From NCBI GenBank assembly GCA_964347285.1, contig CAYFYE010000001.1, positions 20,931-84,930 of the forward strand: 64,000 bases of DNA, in the 5' to 3' direction. The translations under genes were made by a program, and so were the position numbers. This DNA comes from an uncultured Acidimicrobiia bacterium (lineage in GTDB: Bacteria; Actinomycetota; Acidimicrobiia; Spongiisociales; JAOTWH01). The notes beneath the pieces were generated by a model. It saw only the letters and a list, made by a program, of their open reading frames with translations. It was not told the DNA's origin and did not search any database. Numbering within the stretch: the stretch's first letter is position 1; every line of letters begins with the position of its first letter. This document shows, in pieces, positions 36,222 through 48,184 of the stretch.

Positions 36222-38743
36222 CCGCTGCCGGCGACTACCTGGCCGGGCTTCCGTTCACCCCCGATCGCTTTCAAACCGAGGCGGTGGCCGCCCTCGACGG
36301 CGGAGAGTCGGTGGTCGTCACCGCCCCGACGGGGGCCGGCAAGACCGTGGTGGCCGAGGCGGCCATCAGGGCGGCACGGGCCTCGGGCCGGCGGGCCTTC
36401 TACACGACTCCCATCAAGGCACTGTCCAACCAGAAGTTCAACGAGTTGCGGGCCGAGTACGGCCGGGCCGAAGTGGGCCTGCTGACCGGGGACAACTCGA
36501 TTAACGGACGGGCCCCGGTCGTGGTGATGACGACCGAGGTACTCCGCAACATGATCTACGCCGACAGCCCGGACCTGGAGGACGTGGCCGTCGCCATCTT
36601 GGACGAAGTCCATTATCTCCAGGACCCTTTCCGGGGGGCGGTGTGGGAGGAGGTGATCATCCATCTGGATCGGTCGATTCGCCTGGTATGCCTGTCGGCC
36701 ACGATCTCCAATCCCGGAGAGTTCACAGAATGGGTGGCCGGCCGGCGCGGCCCGACCCGGCTCATCGTCGAGGACACCAGACCGGTGCCGTTGGAGAGCT
36801 GGTACCTGGTGCGGGACTCCTACCAGGAGAACGGCCTCGTCTTCGAGCCCGTGTTTGCCGGAGGGCAGGCCAATCCGAGCCTCGTCAAACTTCTTCGACC
36901 GAGCCGGAATCGACGGCGTCGTTTCATCACGCCGCGCCGCTCCGAAGTGGTACGGCTCCTCGACGACTTCGAACGCCTCCCGGCGATCTACTTCGTGTTC
37001 TCGAGGAAGGGCTGCGAAGCGGCGGCCGATCGGGTGGCCGGTGAGCTCCGACTGACCAGCACCGGCGAGGCCCGGGAGATCGCCGCCTTTGCCGAGGAGC
37101 GAACGTCTCATCTGAGCGACGACGATCGGACGGCCCTCGACTACCGGTACTGGCTGCGGAGGCTGGAAACGGGCATCGCCGCTCATCACGCCGGCGTGGT
37201 GCCGGCGTTCAAAGAGACGGTCGAGGAGCTGTTTGGGCGGGGCCTCATCAAGGTCGTCTTCGCCACGGAGACACTGGCCCTCGGCATCAACATGCCGGCC
37301 CGGACGGTGGTACTGGAGAGCCTCAGCAAATACACCGGCGAGGGGCACGAACTCCTCCAGCCGGGAGACTTCACCCAGTTGACCGGCCGGGCCGGCCGAA
37401 GGGGTATCGACGCCAGGGGCACGGCCGTCGTCCTGCACTCCGCCTTTGTGCCGTTCCAAAAGGTGGCGGCAATTGCTGCGGCCGGCAGCCACCCTCTCGA
37501 GTCGAGCTTTCGGCCCACCTACAACATGGCGGTCAACCTGGTCGCCAACTACCCGCAAGAGCGAGCCGAAGAGCTCCTCGAGGCGTCGTTCGGCCAGTTC
37601 CGCACTCAGCGGGCCCGTGACCGTCTGGAGGCCCAGATTCGCGACGCTGAAGCCCAGCTCGAGGATGGGCGAGAACGGGCCGCCTGTGAGCGCGGCGACA
37701 TCTGGGCGTTTGCCGCGACCGGCCCCGGGTCCCGGCCTCACCACTCGGTCATGCGGGCCTTCGCCCGCGAATTGGGAGCGGGGGATGTCGTCGAGTTGAC
37801 CCGAGACGGCAAGGCGGAGCGGCATGTCGTTCTGGCCAGGGGGACCGGATCGAATCCTCGCCTCCTTCTCCTGTCGGATCGAGGTCGGCTCCAGAGGGTA
37901 CGGCCCGACGAGCTACCCCCGCAGACGGTCCGAGTGGGCACCATGAGCCTGCCTGAACCGTTCCGGCCCCGCCAACCGGGCTACCAGCGAGAAGCGGCAT
38001 CGGATCTGCGTGCCTGGGACCCGGGCACCGAGTCTCCTGTGGCGGCATATGGACCACCCGGTGCCTCCCATCCGGTGGCTGCCTGCCCACGGCTCGCCGA
38101 GCACCTGCAGTGGGTGGAGCGAGCGAGAAGAGCCGAAAGCGAGCTGAGACGCTTGCGGCGGCGCAACAGGCGGCTGGGAGGCGGGCTGGTGCGGGCCCTG
38201 GGCAACGTGCTCGCCCTGCTGGGTCGGTGGGGATATGTGTCGGGCTGGTCGTTGAGCGCCAAGGGAGAGCGTCTTCGGTTCATTTACGGCGACTTGGACC
38301 TTCGGGTCGTCGAGTCGGTGAGCGAGGGTCTCTTCGATGGCCTCGCTCCCGCCGAGACGGCTGCCTTGGCATCGGCGTTCGTGTATGAGCCGCGCGCCGA
38401 AGAAGTCCTCGGCGAGTGGCCGACCGCCCTGCTCGCCGACCGGGCCAAGGCCCTCGACGATCTCGATCACCGGTTGGCGGCCGATGAGGAGGAGTTCGGG
38501 GTGGCTCCGGCCCGGGCCCCGCACGCCGGTTTTGCTGACACGATCTACGCCTGGGCAACTGGTATCGAACTGGAAGAGCTCCTCGGGGACGGTATGGCAG
38601 CCGGCGACCTGGTGAGAAACTGCCGGCAGGTCCTCGACCTGCTCCGTCAGCTCACCGATGCGTTTCCGGAGCTCTCCGCACGCACCCGGGCGGCGGCTGC
38701 TTTGGTGGATCGTGGCGTGGTGGCCGCCGGCGGTGTCGAATGA
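36218..38743 (+). CDS. helY: Ski2-like DEAD/DEAH-box RNA helicase HelY
   Basis: Walker A APTGAGKT, DEVH box, SAT, C-terminal DSHCT-like region; conserved pafBC-tatAC-helY synteny. Confidence 0.87.
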   Translation: MTAAGDYLAGLPFTPDRFQTEAVAALDGGESVVVTAPTGAGKTVVAEAAIRAARASGRRAFYTTPIKALSNQKFNELRAEYGRAEVGLLTGDNSINGRAPVVVMTTEVLRNMIYADSPDLEDVAVAILDEVHYLQDPFRGAVWEEVIIHLDRSIRLVCLSATISNPGEFTEWVAGRRGPTRLIVEDTRPVPLESWYLVRDSYQENGLVFEPVFAGGQANPSLVKLLRPSRNRRRRFITPRRSEVVRLLDDFERLPAIYFVFSRKGCEAAADRVAGELRLTSTGEAREIAAFAEERTSHLSDDDRTALDYRYWLRRLETGIAAHHAGVVPAFKETVEELFGRGLIKVVFATETLALGINMPARTVVLESLSKYTGEGHELLQPGDFTQLTGRAGRRGIDARGTAVVLHSAFVPFQKVAAIAAAGSHPLESSFRPTYNMAVNLVANYPQERAEELLEASFGQFRTQRARDRLEAQIRDAEAQLEDGRERAACERGDIWAFAATGPGSRPHHSVMRAFARELGAGDVVELTRDGKAERHVVLARGTGSNPRLLLLSDRGRLQRVRPDELPPQTVRVGTMSLPEPFRPRQPGYQREAASDLRAWDPGTESPVAAYGPPGASHPVAACPRLAEHLQWVERARRAESELRRLRRRNRRLGGGLVRALGNVLALLGRWGYVSGWSLSAKGERLRFIYGDLDLRVVESVSEGLFDGLAPAETAALASAFVYEPRAEEVLGEWPTALLADRAKALDDLDHRLAADEEEFGVAPARAPHAGFADTIYAWATGIELEELLGDGMAAGDLVRNCRQVLDLLRQLTDAFPELSARTRAAAALVDRGVVAAGGVE

Positions 38744-39621
38744 GCTGGTGGGTCATCGCCAATCCGGCCGCCGGCAGGCGCAGCGACGCAGTGTCCGTGG
38801 TGCGCCGCGCCCTCGCCGAGCGTGGCATCGAGGCAGAGATATGGGCTTCCCAGAGCGAGGAGCACGTCGGTGAGTTGGTGGAGGAGGGGGCCGAGGCGGG
38901 GTATCGGCATTTCGTGGCGGTGGGCGGTGACGGCACCATGAACACGGTGGCCGATCGCCTGTTGCGACGAAGCTGGGAGGAGCCGCCACTGCTCGGCATT
39001 CTTCCCGCCGGCTCGGGGTGCGATTTCATACGAACGTTCGGGATATCGCAGCGTCTCGAGGAGGCGGCCGATCATCTCCTCGGGGGCGACGAATACCTGG
39101 TCGACGTTGGACATCTCGAAGGCCCTTGGGGCAACCGCTACTTCCTCAACGCTGCCGGGGCCGGCCTGGGGGCGGCCGTCGTGCAGGCGGCGGCTCGCCT
39201 GCCTTCGGGACTGGGTCGGCTGCGCTACAAGATCGCCATCTGGCCGACATTGGCACGCTTCAAGCAGGCCGAGGTCGCCGTGCGGGTCGATGACAAGACC
39301 TATCAGGGGCCGGCGATTCTCGTTGTGTTCGCCAACGCCCAGTTCTTTGGCGGAGGCATGAACGTCGCCCCCCGGGCGACTCTCGTCGATGGGGTCCTGG
39401 ATGTCCAGGTGTTCATCGGGCCCAAGCGTCTCGCCTTCGTGCTCCAACCGCGACTCACCAGGGGGACGCACCTCGCTCATCCGGCCGTACGTCGTTTGGT
39501 CGGAGCCCATTTCGAGCTCACCGCCGATCGGCCCTGGGCCGTCGAGACCGACGGCGAGTACGTTGGCGAAGGCCCTTTGCAGGGACGGGTACTGCCCGCT
39601 GCACTTCGCATCAAGATATGA
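38740..39621 (+). CDS. diacylglycerol kinase family lipid kinase
   Basis: DAGK_cat motifs VAVGGDGTMNTVA, ILPAGSGCDF. Confidence 0.8.
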   Translation: MSWWVIANPAAGRRSDAVSVVRRALAERGIEAEIWASQSEEHVGELVEEGAEAGYRHFVAVGGDGTMNTVADRLLRRSWEEPPLLGILPAGSGCDFIRTFGISQRLEEAADHLLGGDEYLVDVGHLEGPWGNRYFLNAAGAGLGAAVVQAAARLPSGLGRLRYKIAIWPTLARFKQAEVAVRVDDKTYQGPAILVVFANAQFFGGGMNVAPRATLVDGVLDVQVFIGPKRLAFVLQPRLTRGTHLAHPAVRRLVGAHFELTADRPWAVETDGEYVGEGPLQGRVLPAALRIKI

Positions 39622-39673
39622 CGATCACGCGCCGACCGAGCAGATATATACTCCCGCCCGCTCAGGAGGTTTC

Positions 39674-40105
39674 ATGGCCGCCAAGAAGACCGACCAGGTC
39701 ACTCCCGTCCCAGAAGCCGCAGAACCCGAAGGCGTCCAGGCAGACGAATGGGCCGACCAGGAGGCGAACGAGGAGCAGCTGCTCGAGATCGAGGACGTCG
39801 AGCTCGATGAGGGGGTGGATGAAGTCGAAGAGGGGGCAACCGACGAAGACATGGAAGACAGCGAGGCCCTAGACGAGCTCGAAGCCGAAGAGCTGGAGAT
39901 GCTCACGGAGGACGAGGCATCCGAGGTGATTCGCGTCGACGAGGTGGCCGAGATGCGGGCCATTCGGCGCGAGGAGATGGAGCTCGACGTCGATGCCGAG
40001 GAGCCCAAGACCGACGAGTTCGTCTGTCGGTCGTGCTTCCTGCTGAAACGGACCAGCCAGCTGGCCGACAAGCGCAAGATGCTCTGCACCGATTGCGCCG
40101 CCTGA
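39674..40105 (+). CDS. DUF4193 family protein (acidic, C-terminal CxxC...CxxC)
   Basis: ATG 39674 behind AGGAGG; highly acidic; CRSCFLLKRTSQLADKRKMLCTDC. Confidence 0.7.
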   Translation: MAAKKTDQVTPVPEAAEPEGVQADEWADQEANEEQLLEIEDVELDEGVDEVEEGATDEDMEDSEALDELEAEELEMLTEDEASEVIRVDEVAEMRAIRREEMELDVDAEEPKTDEFVCRSCFLLKRTSQLADKRKMLCTDCAA

Positions 40106-40132
40106 CAACTCGCCCGTAGCCTGGGCGGACTG

Positions 40133-40609
40133 ATGAGGATCACCGCCCGACCGGCCGGCCACGACGATCTGGCCATTCTCATCGATTTGTACCGCGGTCT
40201 CGAGGCCGAGCAGGTCGAGCTCAAGGACATGTGGAGCCTGGCCGACGCCCTGCCCGAGCCCGCCGAGCAGGCCCTTGCTGAGGCACTCGAGGACGAGCGG
40301 ACGGTGGTGTACGTCGGCGAGATAGACGAATACCCCTTCGGCTTTTCCCTGGCCCGTATCGAGGGATTGCTGCCCCAAGCAGGGGGCACCCACATCGGGT
40401 CGGTCCGGTTCATCTACACCGACCCCGACGCCCGCGGCGTCGGCGTAGGAGAAGCGATGATCAACGCGCTGCTCGACGATCTTCGCGATCGGGGCCTGGA
40501 GCGCTTCGATGCCCACGTGCTGCCCGGCCACCGCGCCGCCAAGAACTTCTTCGAGGCATCGGGGTTCGCGGCTCGCTCGATCGTCATGCACAACCGGGGC
40601 GACGACTGA
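40133..40609 (+). CDS. GNAT family N-acetyltransferase
   Basis: 158 aa; acetyl-CoA binding RGVGVGEAMINAL. Confidence 0.7.
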   Translation: MRITARPAGHDDLAILIDLYRGLEAEQVELKDMWSLADALPEPAEQALAEALEDERTVVYVGEIDEYPFGFSLARIEGLLPQAGGTHIGSVRFIYTDPDARGVGVGEAMINALLDDLRDRGLERFDAHVLPGHRAAKNFFEASGFAARSIVMHNRGDD

Positions 40610-40628
40610 TGGGATCGGTCGGCGCGCC

Positions 40629-41975
40629 GTGAGTGCTTGCGGCGACGTCGTCGAGCTGGCCGTTGCCCTCATGCGTAACGCCTGCGTCAACGACGGGACG
40701 CCGGACAGCGGTCACGAGGAGCGCTCGGTGGCCACGTTGGCGGAGTTCCTCGGCGGAGCGGGCCGCGTTTTCGAGCCCGTGCCGGGGAGGCAAAGCGTCC
40801 TATATCGAGTCGGCGGGACCGATCCGGCCGCTCCCACGCTGATGTTGATGGGGCACATCGATGTGGTCCCGGCCAATCCGGCCTCCTGGCAGCGCGACCC
40901 CTTTGCCGGCGAGCGCCACGGCGGGTTCGTGTGGGGCCGGGGCGCGGTGGACATGCTCAACCTGACGGCCGGAATGGCCGTCGCCTTCCGGCCCTACTGG
41001 CTGGGGGAGAAGCCCCCGCCTCCGGGTGGACTGGCCTTTCTGGCCGCCGCAGACGAGGAGGCCGGGGGCGTGTTGGGGGTCCAGCACATCTTGGAGACCG
41101 ATCCGGGTGCGCTGGCCTGCGACTATCTGCTGACCGAGATCGGCATGCCCCACCTGCCCGGCATCGGGGGCCCGGGGCTCCCGGTGACGGTGGCCGAGAA
41201 AGGCCTGCAATGGAGCCGGATAACGGCATCCGGCCTCCCCGGTCACGCCAGCCAGCCGTACCGGACGGACAGTGCCCTGGCCCCGGTGGCCGAGGCGGCA
41301 TCGCGACTGGCCCAAGCCGACACTCCCGTGGACATGTCCGATGAGTGGCTGCGATTCCTGAAGGCACTCGATCTCGATACGGAACGAAAGGCGTCCCTGG
41401 CCCATCCCGACCGAGTCGACGACGCGATCGCCGGAGTAGCCGCAGAGGATCCGGGCCTGGCTCGATGGATGCATGCCTGTACGCACATGACCGTCGTGCC
41501 GACCACGCTGGAGGCGGGGACCAAGGCCAACGTCATCCCCGATGCCGCCTCCGCCGACGTCGATGTGCGGGTTCTGCCCGGTCAGGATCGAGCCGCCGTC
41601 GAGGACCACTTCCGCAAGGTGCTGGGTCCGGCGCTCTTCGAGGAGGTCGAAATCGAGGCCCGCCAGGAATTCCCGGCCACCGGCTCCGCGCCGGCCGGCC
41701 CGCTGTGGGACGCTCTCGACGACGCCCATCGAACCCTCCGCGGCGAAGGATCGCTGATCCCGGCCCTGATCCCGGTCGGCACCGACGCTCGCTTCTTCCG
41801 GGCTCGGGGCGTGGTCGCCTACGGAGTGGGCCTGTTCGACGACCGGGTCTCGTTCGGCGACGTGGCGGCGATGTATCACGGCAACGACGAGCGAGTGAGC
41901 GAGCGGTCCCTGCAACTGACCGCCGAGTTCTTTGCGGCCACGGTGGAGCGCTTCGGTGAGCTGACTGCTTCGTAA
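40629..41975 (+). CDS. M20 family metallopeptidase (dipeptidase/ArgE/DapE-like)
   Basis: GTG start; HIDVVPA, AADEEAGG metal-binding motifs; upstream part of the ORF overlaps the GNAT out of frame. Confidence 0.75.
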   Translation: MSACGDVVELAVALMRNACVNDGTPDSGHEERSVATLAEFLGGAGRVFEPVPGRQSVLYRVGGTDPAAPTLMLMGHIDVVPANPASWQRDPFAGERHGGFVWGRGAVDMLNLTAGMAVAFRPYWLGEKPPPPGGLAFLAAADEEAGGVLGVQHILETDPGALACDYLLTEIGMPHLPGIGGPGLPVTVAEKGLQWSRITASGLPGHASQPYRTDSALAPVAEAASRLAQADTPVDMSDEWLRFLKALDLDTERKASLAHPDRVDDAIAGVAAEDPGLARWMHACTHMTVVPTTLEAGTKANVIPDAASADVDVRVLPGQDRAAVEDHFRKVLGPALFEEVEIEARQEFPATGSAPAGPLWDALDDAHRTLRGEGSLIPALIPVGTDARFFRARGVVAYGVGLFDDRVSFGDVAAMYHGNDERVSERSLQLTAEFFAATVERFGELTAS

Positions 41976-41978
41976 ACG

Positions 41979-43154
41979 TCAGAGGGCGAAACCACGCAGC
42001 ACCAGGCCGGCCCGTGGCTTGGGGGTGAAGTACGTCGTCTTTTGCGGAAACGTGATGCCGGCCTCGATAGCGGCAGCGATCGCCGGTTCTGGTACCGGAG
42101 CGGTGAGCACCACGGCTCCCTGGGGATGATGCTCGAGCCAGGCCATTGCCCTCTCGACGGAAGGTTGGTAGCCGGCCCGGTCTTCGGCCAAACCCAGGAG
42201 CGGGTAGAGGAGGTAGCGGGCGATGGCGGCGCTGGCCCCCTGGAGCGGACCGGGAAGAGCCTCGAGGGCCTCAGGGTGGGCTCGGAGGAGGCGGCACGGT
42301 CCGCCGGCCCACGCCAGCGCCAGATCGCCCGGCCGTGCGGGAACCGACGGTTCGGCCGGGCGGACATCGAAGACGGTCGCCAGAGCCTCTGTACTCACCT
42401 CGACATGGGGGAAGGTGCGGTGGAACGGTCCGATTGCGAGGCCGGAGCCCCGGGCCGGAGCGGCAAAAGCCAAGATGGCATCCCAAGGACCCGGGCCGTC
42501 GCTGGCATTGCGGTCGTGGCGATAGGCGAGGGCGGTCAGGTAGCGGTGATGGCCATCGGCGATGGCGATCGAGTGCGAGCCGATCTGGGCCGAGACGGCC
42601 GCAACGTGCTCTGGGTCGACCAGGTCGTAGAGGAGATGACGACGCCCGGCGACCTCGACGTCGATACGCGGCTTGCCTACGGGCCGGAGGAGGGCGCCCA
42701 GGTCATCGGCGCCGCTCAGGACCACGATCGGATCGAGGTTGGCTCGGGTAGCCGCCAGCACGGCCAAACGATCTTCACGGGTGTGAGACATCGTTTCCTC
42801 GTGCCCGACGATGCCTCTGCCCAGCGGATGGAGCGCGAGGGCGCCGAGGACTCCCCGGGCGGAGTGCTCTCGGCCCCGCTCGTCGACGAACCGCATCTCG
42901 TAGAGGTAGAAGCGCTCCTCGTCGTCGGCAGAGAGCACGCCGGCGGCCATCCATTCATCGAGCAGTTGGCCGGCCCGGCGAAAGCGATTCTCCCCTCCGC
43001 TGGGGAGAAGGAGTCGCACGACGTTGTATGGGGATCGCCGGGCCAGTTCGACGCGTCCCTCCTCATCGATGGCGTCGTACGGCGGAGCGGTGACTCCCGC
43101 CACATCACCGACCACCTCGGGCCGGTAGAGGATGCCTCGAAAAGGTGCGAACAT
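41979..43154 (-). CDS. DUF1015 domain protein
   Basis: 391 aa; MFAPFRGILYRPE... typical DUF1015 N-terminus. Confidence 0.75.
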   Translation of the reverse strand: MFAPFRGILYRPEVVGDVAGVTAPPYDAIDEEGRVELARRSPYNVVRLLLPSGGENRFRRAGQLLDEWMAAGVLSADDEERFYLYEMRFVDERGREHSARGVLGALALHPLGRGIVGHEETMSHTREDRLAVLAATRANLDPIVVLSGADDLGALLRPVGKPRIDVEVAGRRHLLYDLVDPEHVAAVSAQIGSHSIAIADGHHRYLTALAYRHDRNASDGPGPWDAILAFAAPARGSGLAIGPFHRTFPHVEVSTEALATVFDVRPAEPSVPARPGDLALAWAGGPCRLLRAHPEALEALPGPLQGASAAIARYLLYPLLGLAEDRAGYQPSVERAMAWLEHHPQGAVVLTAPVPEPAIAAAIEAGITFPQKTTYFTPKPRAGLVLRGFAL

Positions 43155-43172
43155 GGTGCCGTTCTACCCGGT

Positions 43173-43964
43173 ATGGGCGCGTTGGGAAACCGCATGGGCC
43201 ACTCCGCCAACCTGGTGTGTGATCTCGACGGTGTGCTGTTCGTGGGCCGCCGACCCGTTCCGGGCGCCCGCCGCGCCCTCCAGGAACTCGAGGCGCGCCG
43301 GTATCGCATTCTCCTGGTGACCAACAACGCCACCCGCTCTTGCGCCGAGGTAGCTCAGAAAGTCCAGGAGATCACCGGCTTCCCGGCCGACCCCGACCTG
43401 GTCGTGACGTCGGCGTTGGCCGCCGCCCACAAGCTGCACGGCTCAGTCGAACGTGCCTACGTGGTCGGCGAGAACGGCCTCACGCGGACCCTGGAGGACG
43501 CCGGGATCGCCATATCCTCCGACTGGCGGGATGCCGAAGCGGTGGTGATGGGTCTGGACCGCAGCGTCACCTACGCCAAGCTGCGCGATGCCACCCTGGC
43601 CGTGGGGGCGGGAGCCCGCTTCGTGGCCACCAATCTCGATGTCACGTTCCCCACTCCGGAGGGGTTGTGGCCCGGAGGAGGATCGCTGATTGCGGCCGTT
43701 GCTGCCGCCACGGGAAAGGAGCCGGAGCTGGCCGGCAAACCGGCCGCGCCCATGCGGCAGTTGGTACGCGCCCGGCTCCAAGACGGTCCGACGTGGGTAG
43801 TAGGCGACCGGCCCGAGACGGACCTGGCAATGGGCCGGATCGAAGGCTGGACTCGTGTCCTCGTGCTCACCGGTGTCGTCGACGATCCGGATTCCGTCCC
43901 CGCCGAGGAGCGGCCCGATCTGGTGCTCGACAGCATTGCCGAGCTGCCGAAGGCGCTGCCCTAA
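43173..43964 (+). CDS. HAD-IIA family hydrolase (NagD-like phosphatase)
   Basis: LVCDLDGVLF motif I, LVTNNAT motif II, GDRPETD motif IV; only the C-terminal part of the 640-aa ORF is genuine; alternative ATG at 43194. Confidence 0.72.
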   Translation: MGALGNRMGHSANLVCDLDGVLFVGRRPVPGARRALQELEARRYRILLVTNNATRSCAEVAQKVQEITGFPADPDLVVTSALAAAHKLHGSVERAYVVGENGLTRTLEDAGIAISSDWRDAEAVVMGLDRSVTYAKLRDATLAVGAGARFVATNLDVTFPTPEGLWPGGGSLIAAVAAATGKEPELAGKPAAPMRQLVRARLQDGPTWVVGDRPETDLAMGRIEGWTRVLVLTGVVDDPDSVPAEERPDLVLDSIAELPKALP

Positions 43965-44695
43965 GCGAAGGGTTCCAGGCGGACCGAGGCAGTGCGACGC
44001 AACAGCAGAACACGTAACGGCAGTGTGACCACGATCCCGAACAGGAATCCAAACACGTGCGCCTCCCAGGCAATACCCGATTCGGCACCCACCAGGGCGA
44101 ACTGGCCCAGCAGCCATGCCCCCAGAAATAACACCGCCGGCACAGCCACGAGCGTGAAGAAGAAGATCGTCAGGATGCGGTGGAGGGGGAACAGGACGAG
44201 ATAGGCCCCCATGATGCCGGCGACCGCGCCGGAAGCGCCCACCAGCGGAACGGTCGAATCCTGGTTGAGGAGCACGAACGCCGCCGTCGCCGCGATGCCG
44301 GCGCCCAAGTAGACCAGGAGATAGGGGACGTGGCCGTAGGCCTCTTCCACGTTGTTCCCGAAGATCCACAAGAACCACATGTTGCCGAGCAGGTGGAAGA
44401 GGCCGCCGTGCAGGAACATCGAGACGACGGCGGCCGGATAGACAGGCTTGTCCGGGAAGTCCTGGGGGCCGGTCGGCTCTTCGACGCACACCCCGGATAG
44501 GCGCTCATTGGTGTCGAGGGGATCGCCGGTGGCCAGCTCACAGGCGATGGCGGCATTTCGGTAGTAGAACTCCTCGACGACATCGACCGGCTCGGGCGGT
44601 TGCACGAAGAAGAACACATAGGCATTGACCGCAATCACGACGAGCGTCACATACGACGTGATTGCCGTGGGGTTGATGTCCCGCAACGGGATCAA
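43961..44695 (-). CDS. rhomboid family intramembrane serine protease
   Basis: GASGAVAG catalytic Ser motif, HxxGN(M)WFL; 6 TM. Confidence 0.82.
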   Translation of the reverse strand: MIPLRDINPTAITSYVTLVVIAVNAYVFFFVQPPEPVDVVEEFYYRNAAIACELATGDPLDTNERLSGVCVEEPTGPQDFPDKPVYPAAVVSMFLHGGLFHLLGNMWFLWIFGNNVEEAYGHVPYLLVYLGAGIAATAAFVLLNQDSTVPLVGASGAVAGIMGAYLVLFPLHRILTIFFFTLVAVPAVLFLGAWLLGQFALVGAESGIAWEAHVFGFLFGIVVTLPLRVLLLRRTASVRLEPFA

Positions 44696-44733
44696 AGGCG
44701 TACCACCTCGAAGCCAGCGGCGATAATGGGCTC

Positions 44734-44877
44734 ATGGATACTACGTCGCCCGACGAGATGCTCTCTGCCCTCGGTGAAGTCGATCCAGCCGAGGCACCCG
44801 ACTTGGCCGATGAAATCGCGGGAGTGCTGGAGAGTGAGCTCGGCAACAACGAGGAGCCCGACGAGGAGGAGAGCTGA
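44734..44877 (+). CDS. hypothetical small acidic protein (47 aa)
   Basis: MDTTSPDEMLSALGEVDPAEAPDLADEIAGVLESELGNNEEPDEEES; not in the track (under 60 aa); stop overlaps proposed tlyA CTG start. Confidence 0.3.
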   Translation: MDTTSPDEMLSALGEVDPAEAPDLADEIAGVLESELGNNEEPDEEES

Positions 44878-45653
44878 AGCGGCGCCGCCTCGACCAGGAG
44901 CTGGTACGACGCCATCTCGTAGATAGCCGGACCGAGGCACAGCAGGCGATCGTCGACGGCCGGGTTCGGGTCGAGGGCATGCCCGAACCCAAAGCGGCCT
45001 CGCTGGTGGCCGAGGACGCCGTGGTGCGTATCGAGGAGGAGGCGGACCCCTACGTCGGCCGCGGCGGCGTCAAGCTGGCCTGGGCCCTGGATGTGTTCGC
45101 CATCGAGGTGGCCGGCGCTCGAGCCCTCGACGTGGGCGCCTCGACCGGGGGATTCACCGACTGCCTGCTCCAGCGGGGCGCAGCCCGTGTGACGGCTCTC
45201 GACGTTGGATACGGCCAGCTGCACTGGCGTCTTCGCCGGGATCCACGGGTGCGGGTAATCGAGCGGACCAACGTGCGTACGGTCGATCCGGGCCGAGTGG
45301 GAGGCCCCTTCGACGTGGTGACCGCCGACGTCTCTTTCATCTCGTTGGTCACGGTGGCACCGGCCCTGGTGTCGTTGGGCGATACCGACACCAGCTACGT
45401 CTTGCTGGTCAAGCCGCAGTTCGAGCTGGGCCCCGAGTTGGTCGGCAAAGGTGGGATCGTTCGCGATCCCGGACTGCATCTGCGTGCTCTGCAGTCGGTG
45501 GAGGATGGTCTGGCGATGCAGGGGATCGGCGCTTGGGGGGCCACTCCGTCGCCGATAAGGGGAGCCAAGGGGAATCGCGAGTTCTTCCTGGCGGCCCGGC
45601 CCGGCCCCCCTGTCCTCACGCAGGAAGATCTTCGACGGGCGGTGGAATCGTGA
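44874..45653 (+). CDS. tlyA: TlyA family rRNA (cytidine-2'-O)-methyltransferase
   Basis: FtsJ-type MTase VGASTGGFTDCLL. The S4 domain (K)RRRLDQELVRRHLVDSRTEAQQAIVDGRVRVEG is encoded in frame upstream of the first ATG (44979), with no ATG/GTG/TTG; CTG at 44874 sits 5 nt after GGAGGAG. The conservative call is 44979..45653. Confidence 0.72.
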   Translation: MKRRRLDQELVRRHLVDSRTEAQQAIVDGRVRVEGMPEPKAASLVAEDAVVRIEEEADPYVGRGGVKLAWALDVFAIEVAGARALDVGASTGGFTDCLLQRGAARVTALDVGYGQLHWRLRRDPRVRVIERTNVRTVDPGRVGGPFDVVTADVSFISLVTVAPALVSLGDTDTSYVLLVKPQFELGPELVGKGGIVRDPGLHLRALQSVEDGLAMQGIGAWGATPSPIRGAKGNREFFLAARPGPPVLTQEDLRRAVES

Positions 45654-46444
45654 AGGCACTCGTCGTCGTACACCCGGACCGCCCCGAAGCCCGGTACATC
45701 GCCGACCAATTGGCAGCGGCGGCAGCCGACCGGGGCATCACGGTCACCGAGGCCGGATCTGCGTCGATGAGTGGAGTCGATGTGGTGGTCAGCGTCGGCG
45801 GTGACGGTACTTTGCTCAGAGCGGCGGCCCTGGCCAGGGCTCAGCAGATTCCGATACTCGGCATCGATGTCGGCATCGTCGGCTACTTGGCCGAAGTGGA
45901 TCCGGCTCAGATCGAAGCTGCGCTCGACCGCTTGGCCGCAGGCTCGTACCGGGTAGTGGAGCGCATGACCGTCGAGGCAGTCTGGGAGGGATCGAACCCC
46001 ACCGTCGGCGTCAACGACGTGGTCGTGGAGAAGGTGACCGGTCAGCATGCCGTCCAGCTCAAGGTGGAGGTCGACGGTGCCCGGCTGATCATCTACCGGG
46101 CCGACGGGGTGGTGGTGGCGACACCACTCGGCTCGACGGCCTACTCCTACTCGGCGGGGGGGCCGGTGGTCCATCCCGATCTCGAGGCGATAGTGGTGAG
46201 TGCCGTGGCTTCCCACAACCTGTTCTCCCGCTCCCTGGTGCTGAGCCCCGACTCGACCGTCGGCGTCGAAGTCATGGGGGGGCGACCGGCTCGGATCAAC
46301 ATCGACGGCCGGGAGGCTGCCGTCCTCGAACCCGGGCAGCGGGTCGAGGTCCGGCGCGGAGCCGTCCCGGTGCGCTTTGCCGTCGTGTTCGAAGAGGGCT
46401 TCGCCGATCAGGCCCGACGCAAGTTCAAGCTCGACGATGCCTGA
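45650..46444 (+). CDS. ppnK: NAD kinase
   Basis: GTG start overlapping tlyA stop (GTGA); GGDGTLL motif; NAD_kinase fold. Confidence 0.85.
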   Translation: MKALVVVHPDRPEARYIADQLAAAAADRGITVTEAGSASMSGVDVVVSVGGDGTLLRAAALARAQQIPILGIDVGIVGYLAEVDPAQIEAALDRLAAGSYRVVERMTVEAVWEGSNPTVGVNDVVVEKVTGQHAVQLKVEVDGARLIIYRADGVVVATPLGSTAYSYSAGGPVVHPDLEAIVVSAVASHNLFSRSLVLSPDSTVGVEVMGGRPARINIDGREAAVLEPGQRVEVRRGAVPVRFAVVFEEGFADQARRKFKLDDA

Positions 46445-48166
<1,722 letters not shown>

Positions 48167-48184
48167 TCGTCGGGCGGTACCGCG

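Noticed and set aside
42042-43964. 640-aa plus-strand ORF
   Set aside because: Only the C-terminal part of about 263 aa (HAD-IIA hydrolase) is supported. The upstream part is antisense to the DUF1015 gene
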